From: Heterodontus francisci
Lineage: Eukaryota
Length of the DNA: 64,000 bases
Assembly: GCF_036365525.1 (NCBI RefSeq)
Contig: NC_090399.1
Coordinates: forward strand, 20,222,529 to 20,286,528
Reading direction: 5' to 3'
This document shows positions 1 to 12,031 of the stretch, in pieces; the stretch's first letter is position 1, and every line of letters begins with the position of its first letter. Under the pieces are notes generated by a model. The model saw only the letters and a list, made by a program, of their open reading frames with translations, was not told the origin of the DNA and searched no databases. A program made the translations under genes and the position numbers.

Positions 1-1813
1 AGGGAAGGACACTGAGCTCAGGGACATGGGCACTGATGAAGGGAACTGCTCTGTCCCGTATGAGATCGAGCTTCTTGAGTTATATAGTTCCTGCACCCAT
101 CCTGTCGATTGGTCTATATTCCCTCACACACCTGACTTGTGGCCTTTACTTGATGTTGAGGATTTGGAACGGGATCGGAGTGAAGGGAGAGGTCCGAGCG
201 GATGTGTGCCACTCGGAGACGCCATGGTACTGATAGTTAGTTTGTAAAACAATATCAAATTGATGCAGTATGTATTGCTCTTCTGAGATTTCAACCGAAG
301 AAATGGGTTGCAGCAAAGTAGAGGAAGTTTCTTCAGTCTCCATTTAAGCTGTGCTCCAGCTGACCTCAGCGTGTCTCCACGCAAAACTGTGAAAATTCTT
401 GGCAATGCTTACAAGCTCAATCAGGCTGATCATGTAAGACATTCTATTCTCTCATTAATAGTGAATCTTTTACAAAGGCAATGAATAAAACGGATCTGGT
501 GGCTACCTCAACACGGTGCAGGGTTGGCACCCCAACGTTCTCCCGACGTCGGGTTCCCGACCCCCAGAAGGAAAATCCTTTTCACCAAAAGGAGGCACGG
601 TTGACTTGGCAACAAGTCCACTGTCACACTGAGGCCCTGTCACTAACTGAAAAACGACAGGTGGGAAACCTTCCAGCGCTCTCGACAAGTCTTTTCTTTT
701 CCCCTTGCAGAACCTGCGTTTCCAGTTTTTTTTTAACTTTCTGTCGTTTGGAAATCCCACAGACGATGGTCTAATCTTCATTCTCAATATGGATGGGATA
801 ACCAGCGGGATTCCTGCAGAAATAATTTCCCTATCCCTCTCCACGTTATGGCAGGAGATGGGGAGAACCCACCCACAACCACATCCTCTCCCACCCATTG
901 GAAATTCCATCCCTCAAAAATATTTCTTCTTTCAGAATATTTCGGAGCTGTGTCATATTGTTCTTGTATTTGACAGAGAGTTGGACCTTGTGATTGAGAA
1001 ACTGCAGGTATGTTTCAGGCCGTTGACCCAATATAAATGGCCTCCTTCATTTTGCAGCACATCTCATGACCTTGGGTTTCTACTTGCTTTTGGCTTGACC
1101 AAATGTTCTCGTTTCGCCCTCGTTCCTGCTCTCGAGCAGTGGCTTTTACTGAATTTTCTTTTCTTCACATAACTCAGATATGACATGATCACCCATTTTG
1201 CAGCATTATCCAAATTTAAAATTGCACCACCACCACCGCACAACTCCCCTCATCCCTCGCTCAGTTCCAACCCTAGAAGAAACCATTCTGTCCTTTTTCA
1301 GCGTGGTAGCATTCTTGCCTCCTCGTCAGAACGTCACCAGAGACTTAAACGCACAATCTCGGCTGCCGCTCCAGTGAGGGAGTGCTGCACTGTCGTAGGT
1401 GCTATCTTGTGGATGAGACATTAAACCAAGGCCCTGCCTGCCCTCTCAGGTGGACGGAAAAGACGCTGTGTCACTATTTTAAGGACTTCACCCCTTCCTC
1501 GGCTCTTCGGCTGCTGAAACCCTCATCCAGGACTTTGTTACCTTTCGACTTGACTATTCCAATGTTCTTACGACCAGTCTTCCACATTCTTCCCTCATAA
1601 ATTTGAGGGCATCCTAAACCTTGCTCCCCACGTCTGAACACACACCAAGTCCTGTTCACCAACACCCCTGTGTTTGCTGACTCATTTTGGCTATCAGTTT
1701 AGTAATAAATTGATTTTAAAATTCCCATCCTTGTTTTCAAATGCCACCATGGTCTCACCCCTCCCTATCTCTGTAATCTCCTACAGCCCCACAACCCTCT
1801 GGGATATCGACAC

Positions 1814-2556
1814 TGCCCGACCTGAACCCGATGGGACCTGACATGTGTCTGGTGCGGGTTGGGTCACTCTTCTGGGCCCGGTTTTCGGGATTATGTCGGG
1901 TCTGAGTCAGACACACACAGTATTAATTGGACTTGAAAGGTTGTTTAAAAGGATTAAGATTGGAGCCATGAAGTCAGTGATTGTTTGGTCACAAGGTAAA
2001 CAGAAACCCATGGAGTTGTGCCCATTCAGGTTGTGCCACGCTGTACCAGTATCCGCATTGCTTAAAATAAAGACCTCAGTTGCCCGAAGGCTCAGAAAAT
2101 ATCATTATACATTAACTAGACTCCTGCTTTACAGGTCGAAATACTTGCTGTAAGTTTATCCAGTGAGCAGCTGAGATGCCGAGACCAGGAAGGTCCTGAG
2201 TGATTAATTATTATTACAGTACTGTACTGTATGTGTGGTGGAATGGAGTCCTGACAGTGATCATTTTATATTTTTTTATATAAATACTGTATATTTTATA
2301 ATAATTAATCTCTCAGGACCTTCCTGGTCTCTGCATCTCAGCTGCTCACTGGATAAACTTGCAGCAAGTATTTCAACTGAAAAAGTGAAAAACAGATTCG
2401 GAGTTGGAAGGTAGGTAAAGTGAACATTCCGTTGGTCGGGTTGGGTCGGACTCGGGTCGGGTTGGGCATGGGAAAAAATGGAAGGACTCAGACCAGGTTG
2501 GGCTCGGGTATGATGTGGTTCTGTTGTTTTTTTTTTCAGACCCGAGCAGGCCTTTC
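1814..2556. mobile_element. Non-autonomous DNA transposon (hAT-like MITE) with a 77-bp internal inverted repeat
   Basis: Subterminal CCCGA/TCGGG motif clusters at both ends. Candidate 8-bp target duplication: ATC(T/G)ACAC at 1806-1813 and ATCTACGC at 2557-2564. The host L2-like sequence is continuous across the insertion. Confidence 0.6.
2138..2374. repeat. Inverted repeat with 77-bp arms (2138-2214 and 2298-2374) and an 83-bp spacer
   Basis: The arms are reverse complements with 3 mismatches. Copies at 23168-23404, 39734-39970 and 60647-60883. Confidence 0.95.
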
Positions 2557-3344
2557 ATCTACGCTTCTCTGATTCTGGCCTCGTGAGCTCCAACATTGGT
2601 GGCTGTGACTTCAGGTGCCTAGCCCCAAGCTCTGGAATTCCCTCACTCAACCTCTCCACTTCTCTCTCCTCCTTAAAGAAATTCATTAAAAACCTACCAC
2701 TCTGACCAAGCTTTTGGTCATCAGCTATAATATCATCTTATGTCACTTGGTCAAAGTTTGCTTATAATGCTCTTGTGAAGTGCCTTGTGATGTTATATTA
2801 CATTAAAGGTGCAATATAAATGCAAGTTGTTTTTGTTGTTGTTGAAGAAGACTGGGGGTGTTCTCCCCAACTTCACTAAAACAGATGATCTAGTCATTTA
2901 TCTCATTGCTGTTTGTGGGAGTTTGCTGCTGTGTGTAAACTGGATGCTGCATTGTCTACATTTCAAGAGTGACTGCATTTCAAAAAGGAGTCGAATTGGC
3001 TGTGATGCACTTTTGGATGTCCTGGGGTGGTGAAAGGTGATTTATAAATGGAAATCATTCAGGTCTTGCTTTACTGAAGACCAGCGTGGTCTGAAATGCT
3101 CAGGAAGATGACTGTGCATACAACCGAACAATTCAAAGGTCAGGTGCATCAGAAGGGAAAAACTCAGGTAGCAGAGACACTGAGAGATATATGAAGCAGG
3201 AAAGCAAATTTGAATCAAAACAGTTGTTAGAAATGAAAATGTATTAGCACACTTCCAAATAGAAATAATCAGAATAAGTATAGACAATCAAAACTGTTAG
3301 GAATCAATTCACAGAAGTCATCCAAATACTTGGTTCAATTACAA

Positions 3345-3611
3345 GCATCACACATGCACACTCACACACACTCACACATAGAGTAACACACACAGGTTGG
3401 AGTGTGTCACAAAGAGTAACACACGGGGCGGAGTGAGTCTCTCACACACACAGAGTAACACAAAGGCTGGAGTGTGTCAAACACACACAGAGTAACACAA
3501 AGGCTGGAGTGTGTCACACAACATGACACGCAGGTTGGAATTTTCAAACACACTTAGTAACATACAGGCAGGGTCAGGCACACAAACAGAGTAACACATA
3601 GGCTGGGGTCA
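3345..3611 (+). repeat. CA-rich ~35-bp minisatellite block (degenerate)
   Basis: Repeats of CACAGAGTAACACAnAGGCTGGAGTGTGTCA. Confidence 0.85.
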
Positions 3612-6600
3612 GTCTTTAAACATTAATCTTTATTGTATAATAACTATATACACTCCACACTAGCCTGTGTGTCTCCTTCAAAAGCATTGCTGTAACTGTT
3701 CTTGAGTCTCTCCCACATGATTTCTTAACTCATCCTGGTGGGCAGTAATCTTTACGTTCTCTCAAGATTAACCCTTTGATACCCTTATACTACATTTTCC
3801 CCACGTTTTTAGCCTAAGATATATTTAGACACATTCATTTTTTCATTTACACGCTATCCGATCTCCTCCCAAGTCTCTGACTTCATAGATTCAACCTATC
3901 AGGAGGCTTCACAACTCTCCCTAATCTTGTTGGTCGTCAGATGTGAAAGATTGATAATCTTTCTCTGATCCCTTGTTTCTTGACTTGGACGGTCTTCGTT
4001 GAGTTTTGTAGCATTTGGCACTTTTTGATTTTTCGGTTCATCATCTGAGTCGTCTAACTGTGTAACTAACGTCTTTGATGTAAAGGAATAAGATTCCTTC
4101 TATTTCTCCATTTAGGATCTTCTTGAGTCCATAGTAGAGAAGATCACTGTTGATTCTCATCTTTCTGGAGAATTACCCTGTCTCTCTTTTGGTTTCGTAC
4201 CCATACTTTTTGCCCTTCTGACAACTTTGGTAGGTTTCAGGTACGGAACCTTCTGTTATGATAATGGGTCTGCTTGTTTCAATATGACTTTTCTATGTCC
4301 AGTATTTTCTGATAATCCTTGCCTTGCAATCCTGGAAGTAACTTCTTGCATAGAATTGGAAATTGCTTTTGAAGTTTTCATTAAGAGTTGTGATGGCGCT
4401 AATCTGCACAATAATGGAATAGTTCTGTATGTCAGTCGTGCTAAATGGAAATCTCTTTTTTTTCCTCAACATAATTTTAATGGTTCTGACTGCTCGCTCA
4501 GCTTCTCCATTTGATTGTGGATACTTAGGAGAGCTTATTAGGTGAACAAATCCACATTATTCTGCAAAGTGCGTGAAGTAATCGTTTGCAAATTACAGTC
4601 CATTATCAGATAATATGTGATCAGGTATACCAGGTGTTGTGAAACTTCTTGTAAAACTCTGATGACTGCTTCAGTTGTTGTTGTGTTGTCCATCTTAACT
4701 TCGATCCATCCTGAGAAGTAATCAACTATAATTAGCTAGGCTCTTCCTTCAAAGAAGAACAAATCCACGGTCCAGTTGAGAATTGGGTCGAAATTAGAGG
4801 TTCTCTTTGATCTTGTCTTCCCCAGCTTCTTCCCCAGTTCTTTGTCCGTGTAGCACTCCTGTGAAACTCACTGCATTTCTGTTTCTCTCTCTGCTAATCT
4901 TTGAGCAGCACGGCGGGCTGTGAAATATTGCATTGTGTGGGCTCTGTAGCGAAATCTGGACTCTCTGCAAAACTCAGGTCAGGGTAGGGGGCTCTTCCTC
5001 TGTCCTCACTCCTGGATTATTCTCGTTAATCTACTTCAACTTTCTCAATAATATGAAGATCAATAAAAGTTCTTCTACTTAAGACTGTGAACTCCTGATT
5101 TCTTAGGACGTACAGTGTTTCTAATATTTACTTTCCATTATATTGAAGCGTTGCTTGTAACTTCCCCTTTACTTCAAGTACAAGACCTCCTGGGCCATGC
5201 AACTGAGTTTCTATTGCTTGCTCCGGTGTCAAGTTTGAAATGTGTCTGCTGACCAAAATGCTCGTTTCGGATCATTGATCTCACCCAGAAAATATTTCAA
5301 TTGGTCTGCTGCAGGAGCTTCTGTAACTTCATTTATCTCTCTATTCTTAACTACTTTTCCTTTAGAGGTTGGTGTGGTCACGATTTTATTTCAGCATAAT
5401 CTTACTGAGATGCCCTATTTTTCTGTAATAAAGGCATTCTGCTCTATTGGCGGGACACTGTCCATGCCTGTGGGACGTTTTTGCACCACAATGTTTAAGG
5501 ACATCTTTTGCTCTGCCCCCTTGTGTTCCTGTTTTCCTGGTACCTCTTGTTCAGCCGTCTGGTGAAGGAACGGAACTGTTACAGGAGGATTCCTGTACCG
5601 GGGTCTTTCCTCACCTCGTATGATTGGTCTGTTATTGCTGCAATAATTGATGTCGGCAACAAAAGCTTTCAAGACCTGTTCAAATTTTGTTGATTTTCTC
5701 AATACGCTGCTATTATATCATCAGCTACCGCACCAATTAAATACAATTATGTATTCATTATGGATCCCTTGTGACTTTTGAAACTCTCTGGAACTCCCAA
5801 TTTTTGATCCATTTTAAAAAAATTTATAGACTTTTTAGCGTGTTCCCCTTTCAGAAAATCTTTTTCTCACACTAGCTTGCTTTGATGGAGTGTAGCAGGT
5901 CTTTGAGAGAGTTCCTGATGTTTTAAATAGGCTTTCTAGGGGTTTTCCCTTTGCTTAAGCAGCTCACTTATATCTTTATTTATTTAGAGATACAGCACTG
6001 AAACAGGCCCTTTGGCCCACCGAGTCTGTTCCAATCAACAACCACCCATTGATACTAACCCTACACTACCCCCATATTTTCGACCACATCCACACCATTC
6101 TCCTACCACCTGCCTACACTAAGGGCAATTTAAAATGGCCAATTTACCTATCAACCTGCAAGTCTTTTGGAGGTGGGAGGAAACCGGAACACCCGGCGGA
6201 AACCCACGCAGACACAGGGAGAACTTGCAAACTCTGCACAGGCAGTACTCAGAATCGAACCCGGGTCGCTGGAGCTGTGAGGCTGCAGTGCTAACCACTG
6301 CGCCACTGTGCCATTGACAGCTGACGCAGCTATCTATTGGAATTAACAGCGCTGTTCCATAGACAGTTTCAGGGTTTTCCCCTTTTCTTTTTAAGATCAC
6401 GAGATACTTCAAGCTTGACTGCTTTAATGATTTTTTCAGGCTTGGCTGCATTAATGGAGATTCTGCTGTATTCGGGGTTTCCCTGCCCTTTTTTTCTCTT
6501 CAGTATCGGACTTTTCCCGTACATTTTTTTCAGTTCGTGTACTTTTCAGGGTTTTCTCCACTCTCCACCCTTGCATTCAGCCTGAGTGAGGGATGGGTTG

Positions 6601-7130
6601 ACCCCATTGCTTTTTTCTTTCAATCTCACACTGAGCCTTTGGAAAAAATAATTTGGAAAAACTCTTCAAAGTCTTTTTTTAAAACCAGGATTTCTCAGTC
6701 ATCAGCACAATGATTCACCCAATTGCCTGTTTGCAGCCATGCTTCCATTCCATGGAGCTTCTCTCAGCCTTCAAAGATCTGTTGTTTCTTTTTATCTTTT
6801 CAGATACTTATTTTAAATTCTCTCTTCTGGCTGAAGGATGCTAGTTACTTCAAACTTTTTCTTCTGGGTGTAGAATCCCTCCACTGTTCACCATATTATA
6901 TGTTTGGTTCTTCATGCTGCCACCGTCAGAGAGGTTCTTAGACTGTCGTGTTTAAACATTAATAATTATTGCATTGTAAGGATATACACTTCACACCAGC
7001 CTGTGTGTCTCCTTCAATAACCACGCTGTAACTGTTCCCAAGTCTCTCCCACATAATCCCTTACATCATCATGGTGGGCAGTAATCTTTATGTTCTCTCA
7101 AGATTAACCCTTTGATACATTTAGATGACA
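3612..7130 (-). mobile_element. Degenerate, internally deleted Gypsy LTR retrotransposon (LTRs about 3612-3794 and 6925-7130)
   Basis: Two ~180-bp direct repeats that start with TG on the minus strand and, in the 3' LTR, contain AATAAA. Purine tract GTGGGGAAAA next to the 3' LTR and PBS-like TGGCAGC next to the 5' LTR. Integrase remnant DLFFF..LIIVDYFSGWIEV..SDNG at about 4550-4770 and gag remnant at about 5250-5760. Confidence 0.85.
5975..6312 (-). mobile_element. tRNA-derived V-SINE (HE1-like shark SINE) inserted in the LTR element
   Basis: Minus strand shows an A box (TGGCGCAGTGG), a B box (GGGTTCGATTC), a V-domain core (TTCTCCCTGTGTCTGCGTGGGTTTCC..CCGGTTTCCTCCCAC), a CR1-like tail (GGGCCAAAGGGCCTGT) and a (TAAA)n end. 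Confidence 0.85.
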
Positions 7131-7836
7131 AAGCACACAGGCTGAAGTGTGTCACATACACACAGAGTAACACACAGGCTGCAGTGTGTCACATTCACAC
7201 AGATTAGCACACAGGCTGGAGGTATGACATACACGCATAGTAACACACAGGCTGCATTGTGTCACAGCAAAGAGTAACAGACAGGCTGCAGTGTGTCACA
7301 TACACACAGAGTAACACACTGGCTGCAGTGTGTCACATTCACACAGATTAGCACACAGGCTGGAGGTATCACATACACACATAGTAACACACAGGCTGCA
7401 TTGTGTCACAGCAAAGAGTAACACACAGGCTGGAGTGTGTCACATTCACACAGAGGAACACACAGGCTGGAATGAGTCACAAATGCAAAGTAACACCACA
7501 GACTGGAGCCAGTCTCTCTCTCTCACAGAGTGGCACAGAGGCTGGATTGTGTCACATACACAAAGTAACACACAGGCTGCAGTGTGTCACACAGAGTAAC
7601 ACGCAGGTTGGAATGAGTCACAAATGCAAAGTAACACACAGGCTGGAGTCAGTCTCACTCGCACACACAGAGTAACACACAGGCTGGAGTTTGTCACATA
7701 CACAGAGTAACACACAGGCTGGAGTATGTCACATACACAGAGTAACACACAGGCTGGAGTATGTCACATACACGCAGAGTAACACAAGTTGGAATGAGTC
7801 ACAAATGCAAAGTAACACACAGGCTGGAGTCAGTCT

Positions 7837-7868
<32 letters not shown>

Positions 7869-7972
7869 CACACAGGCTGGAGTTTGTCACATACACAGAT
7901 AAACACACTGGCTGGAGTGTTTCACACACACACACAGAGTAACACACCGGCTAGAGTGGGTCACACACACAG
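7131..7972 (+). repeat. ~35-bp minisatellite block with a (CA)n microsatellite
   Basis: Tandem CACAGAGTAACACACAGGCTG(G/C)AGTGTGTCACATA variants. Confidence 0.95.
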
Positions 7973-8532
7973 GGAATGTAGCCATCTTGCGGATTTTCTG
8001 ACGGTGGAATTGGATTTGGGCGGCACTTCCGCTCCCTCGCTTTTTGCCTGTTGCCACCCGATTACAAGTGGAAATCAAAGTTTCAGCTGCGGGCATGGGA
8101 GATACATGCGATCATGTGGTGCGGAATACTTTTCATGGTGGAGCCTGCTGTCATTCAGGGAAGCATTATGCATGGCATTGGTATAAATAATCCTTCAGTG
8201 CAATCAGGGAGGCTCATCAACGAGGCCAGTCTTTTTCAGAGACTTCTAGGCTTTTCCCCTTAAATCTTACCCACCCTCACCCATCTTTACACCTGTCGCA
8301 AACAAAGGCTATGGACCCTGGCAACATTACGGCAATAGCACTGAGGACCTGTGCTCCAGAACTTGCCGCGCCCCCAGACAAGCAGATTTGAGATGGTGCG
8401 GGAGGGGCGGGGCGGCGGGTGCGGGCGGGGGGCGGAATAGTAACTGCAGTGAGACTGGGACACCAGTAGATGGAGATGCTGAGCCATTGCTGATGGGAAG
8501 GTTTGGTGCTGCTGAGAGTTTGAAAGTTTCCA

Positions 8533-9049
8533 AACACAGAGTAACACGCTGGCTGGAGTGTGTCACAGGCACAGAGTAACACACTGGCTGGAGTGTGTCA
8601 CATACACAGAGTAACACGCTGGCTGGAGTGTGTCATATCCACAGAGTAACACACTGGCTGGAGTGTGTCACATACACAGAGTAACACGCTGGCTGCAGTG
8701 TGTCATATCCACAGAGTAACACACTGGCTGGAGTATGTCACATACACAGAGTAACATGCTGGCTGGTGTGTGTCACAGGCACAGAGTAACACACTGGTTG
8801 GAGTGTGTCACACGCACACACAGAATAACACACTGGCTGGAGGGTGTCACACACACACAGAATAACACACTGGCTGGAGTGTATCACACACACACGCACA
8901 CTACACACACACACACACACAGAATAAAACACTGGCTGGAGTATGTCACGCACACAGAGTAATACACTGGCTGGAGTGTGTCACACACAAACACACACAC
9001 AGAATAACACACTGGCTGGAGTGTGTACACACACAGAGTAACACACAGA
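8533..9049 (+). repeat. ~35-bp minisatellite block
   Basis: Tandem CACAGAGTAACACACTGGCTGGAGTGTGTCACATA variants. Confidence 0.95.
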
Positions 9050-9056
9050 ATTAGAA

Positions 9057-12031
9057 TTAGAACATTACAGCGCAGTACAGGCCCTTTGGCCCTCGATGTT
9101 GCGCCGACCTGTGAAACCATCTGACCGACACTATTCCATTTTCATCCATATGTCTATCCAATGACCACTTAAATGCCCTTAAAGTTGGCGAGTCTACTAC
9201 TGTTGCAGGCAGGGCGTTCCACGCCCCTACTACTCTCTGAGTAAAGAAACTACCTCTGACATCTGTCCTATATCTATCACCCCTCAACTTAAAGCTATGT
9301 CCCCTCGTGTTTGCCATCACCATCCGAAGAAAAAGACTCTCACTATCCACCCTATATAACCCTCTGATTATCTTATATGTCTCTATTAAGTCACCTCTCC
9401 TCCTCCTTCTCTCCAATGAAAACAACCTCAAGTCCCTCAGCCTTTCCTTGTAAGACCTTCCCTCCATACCAGGCAACATCCTAGTAAATCTCCTCTGCAC
9501 CCTTTCCATAGCTTCCACATCCTTCCTATAATGCGGTGACCAGAACTGCACGCAATACTCCAGGTGCGGCCTCACCAGAGTTTTGTACAGCTGCAGCATG
9601 ACATCGTGGCTCCGAAACTCGATCCCCCTACTAATAAAAGCTAACACACCATATGCCTTCTTAACAGCCCTATTAACCTGGGTAGCAACCTTCAGGGATT
9701 TATGCACCTGGACACCAAGATCTCTCTGTTCATCTACACTACCAAGAATCTTCCCATTAGCCCAGTACTCTGCATTCCTGTTACTCCTTCCAAAGTGAAT
9801 CACCACGCACTTTTCCGCATTAAACTCCATTTGCCATCTCTCAGCCCAGCTCTGCAGCCTATCTATGTCCCTCTGTACCCTACAACATCCTTCGGCACTA
9901 TCCACAACTCCACCGACCTTAGTGTCATCCGCAAATTTACTAACCCACCCTTCTACACCCTCTTCCAGGTCATTTATAAAAATGACAAACAGCAGTGGCC
10001 CCAAAACAGATCCTTGCGGTACACCACTAGTAACTAAACTCCAGGATGAACATTTGCCATCAACCACCACCCTCTGTCTTCTTTCAGCTAGCCAATTTCT
10101 GATCCAAAGCTCTAAATCACCTTCAACCCCATACTTCTGTATTTTCTGCAATAGCCTACCGTGGGGAACCTTATCAAACGCCTTACTGAAATCCATATAC
10201 ACCACATCCACTGCTTTACCCTCATCCACCTGCTTGGTCACCTTCTCGAAAAACTCAATAAGGTTTGTGAGGCACGACCTACCCATCACAAAACCGTGCT
10301 GACTATCGCTAATGAACTTATTCTTTTCAAGATGATTAAACATCCTGTCTCTTATAACCTTTTCCAACATTTTACCCACAACCGAAGTAAGGCTCACAGG
10401 TCTATAATTACCAGGGCTGTCTCTGCTCCCCTTCTTGAACAAGGGGACAACATTTGCTATCCTCCAGTCTTCCGGCACTATTCCTGTCGACAATGACGAC
10501 ATAAAGATCAAGGACAAAGGCTCTGCAATCTCCTCCCTAGCTTCCCAGAGAATCCTAGGATAAATCCCATCTGGCCCAGGGGACCTATCTATTTTCACAC
10601 TTTCCAAAATTGATAACACCTCCTCCTTGTGAACCTCAATCCCATCTAGCCTAGTAGCCTGAATCTCAGTATTCTCCTCGACAACATTTTCTTTCTCTAC
10701 TGTAAATACTGACGCAAAATATTCATTTAACACTTCCCCTAGCTCCTCTGATTCCACACACAACTTCCCACTACTATCCTTGATTGGCCCGAATATAACT
10801 CTAGTCATTCTTTTATTCCTGATATACCTATAGAAAGCCTTAGGGTTTTCCCTGATCCTATCCGCCAATGACTTCTCGTGTCCTCTCCTTGCTCTTCTTA
10901 GCTCTCCCTTTAGATCCTTCCTGGCTAGCTTGTAACTCTCAAGCGCCCTAACTGAGCCTTCACGTCTCATCCTAACATAAGCCTTCTTCTTCCTCTTGAC
11001 AAGCTCTTCAACTTCTTTAGTAAACCACGGCCCCCTCGCTCGACAACTTCCTCCCTGCCTCACAGGTATATACTTATCAAGGACACGCAGTAGCTGCTCT
11101 TTGAATAAGCTCCACATTTCGATTGTTCCCATCCCCTGCAGTTTCCTTCCCCATCCTACGCATCCTAAATCTTGCCTAATCGCATCATAATTTCCTTTCC
11201 CCCAGCTATAATTTTTGCCCTGCGGAATATACCTATCCCTGCCCATCGCTAAGGTAAACCTAACCGAATTGTGATCACTATCACCAAAGTGCTCACCTAC
11301 ATCTAAATCTAACACCTGGCCGGGTTCATTACCCAGTACCAAATCCAATGTGGCATCGCCCCTGGTTGGCCTGTCTACATACTGTGTCAGAAAACCCTCC
11401 TGCACACACTGGACAAAAACTGACCCATCTAAAGTACTCGAACTATAGTATTTCCAGTCGATATTTGGAAAGTTAAAGTCCCCCATAACAACTACCCTGT
11501 TACTCTCGCCCCTGTCGAGAATCACCTTCGCTATCCTTTCCTCTACATCTCTGGAAGTATTTGGAGGTCTATAAAAGACTCCCAACAGGGTGACCTCACC
11601 TCTCCTGTTTCTAACCTCGGCCCATACTACCTCAGTAGACGAGTCCTCAAACGTCCTTTCTGTCGCTGTAATACTCTCCTTGATTAACAATGCCACACCA
11701 CCCCCCCCCCCCCCCCCCCTCCCCCTCTTTTACCATCTTCTCTGTTCTTACTGAAACATCTAAATCCCGGAACCTGCAACATCCATTCCTGCCCCTGCTC
11801 TACCCATGTCTCCGAAATGGCCACTACATCGAGATCCCAGGTACCAACCCATGCTGCAAGCTCACCCACCTTATTCCGGATGCTCCTGGCGTTGAAGTAG
11901 ACACACTTTAAACCAGGTTCTTGCTTGCCAGTGCCCTCTTGCGTCCTTGTAACCTTATCCCTGACCTCACTACTCTCAACATCCTGTACACTGGAACTAC
12001 AATTTAGGTTCCCATCCCCCTGCTGAATTAG
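9057..12031 (-). CDS. CR1 ORF2, AP endonuclease plus reverse transcriptase; one frameshift in the G-run at about 11700-11719
   Basis: Endonuclease motifs YFNARS, SETW, GDFN and SDH. RT motifs DFSKAFD, GVPQGSVLGP and FADD. An 879-aa open frame at 9057-11696 and an upstream N-terminal part in another frame, open to 12031. Confidence 0.93.

Larger units (their letters stand above)
1290..3060 (+). mobile_element. DeuSINE-like SINE (about 1290-1480 and 2843-3060) split by an L2-type LINE 3' fragment (about 1480-2842); repeated in all four units
   Basis: Deu-domain-like GGGAGTGCTGCACTGTC...GGATGAGACATTAAACC...CTCTCAGGTGG stops at CACTATTTT and resumes at GAAGAAGA...TTCTCCCC...CATTGCTGTTTGTGGGAG. 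The intervening piece ends in ATATAAATGCAAG(TTG)n. Family assigned from recalled consensus. Confidence 0.65.

Noticed and set aside
481-1172. Recurrent 97-218-aa ORFs in every unit as a second gene
   Set aside because: Recurrence only reflects the duplication. A T-run changes length and shifts frames between units, and no motif is recognisable.
7330-8962. His/Thr- or Cys/Val-rich ORFs (also at 28307-29714, 44926-46554 and 62406-63651)
   Set aside because: They are translations of the minisatellite.
7131-9049. V(D)J recombination signals (CACAGAG resembles the CACAGTG heptamer)
   Set aside because: No ACAAAAACC-like nonamer at 12- or 23-bp spacing, and no Ig or TCR segments nearby.
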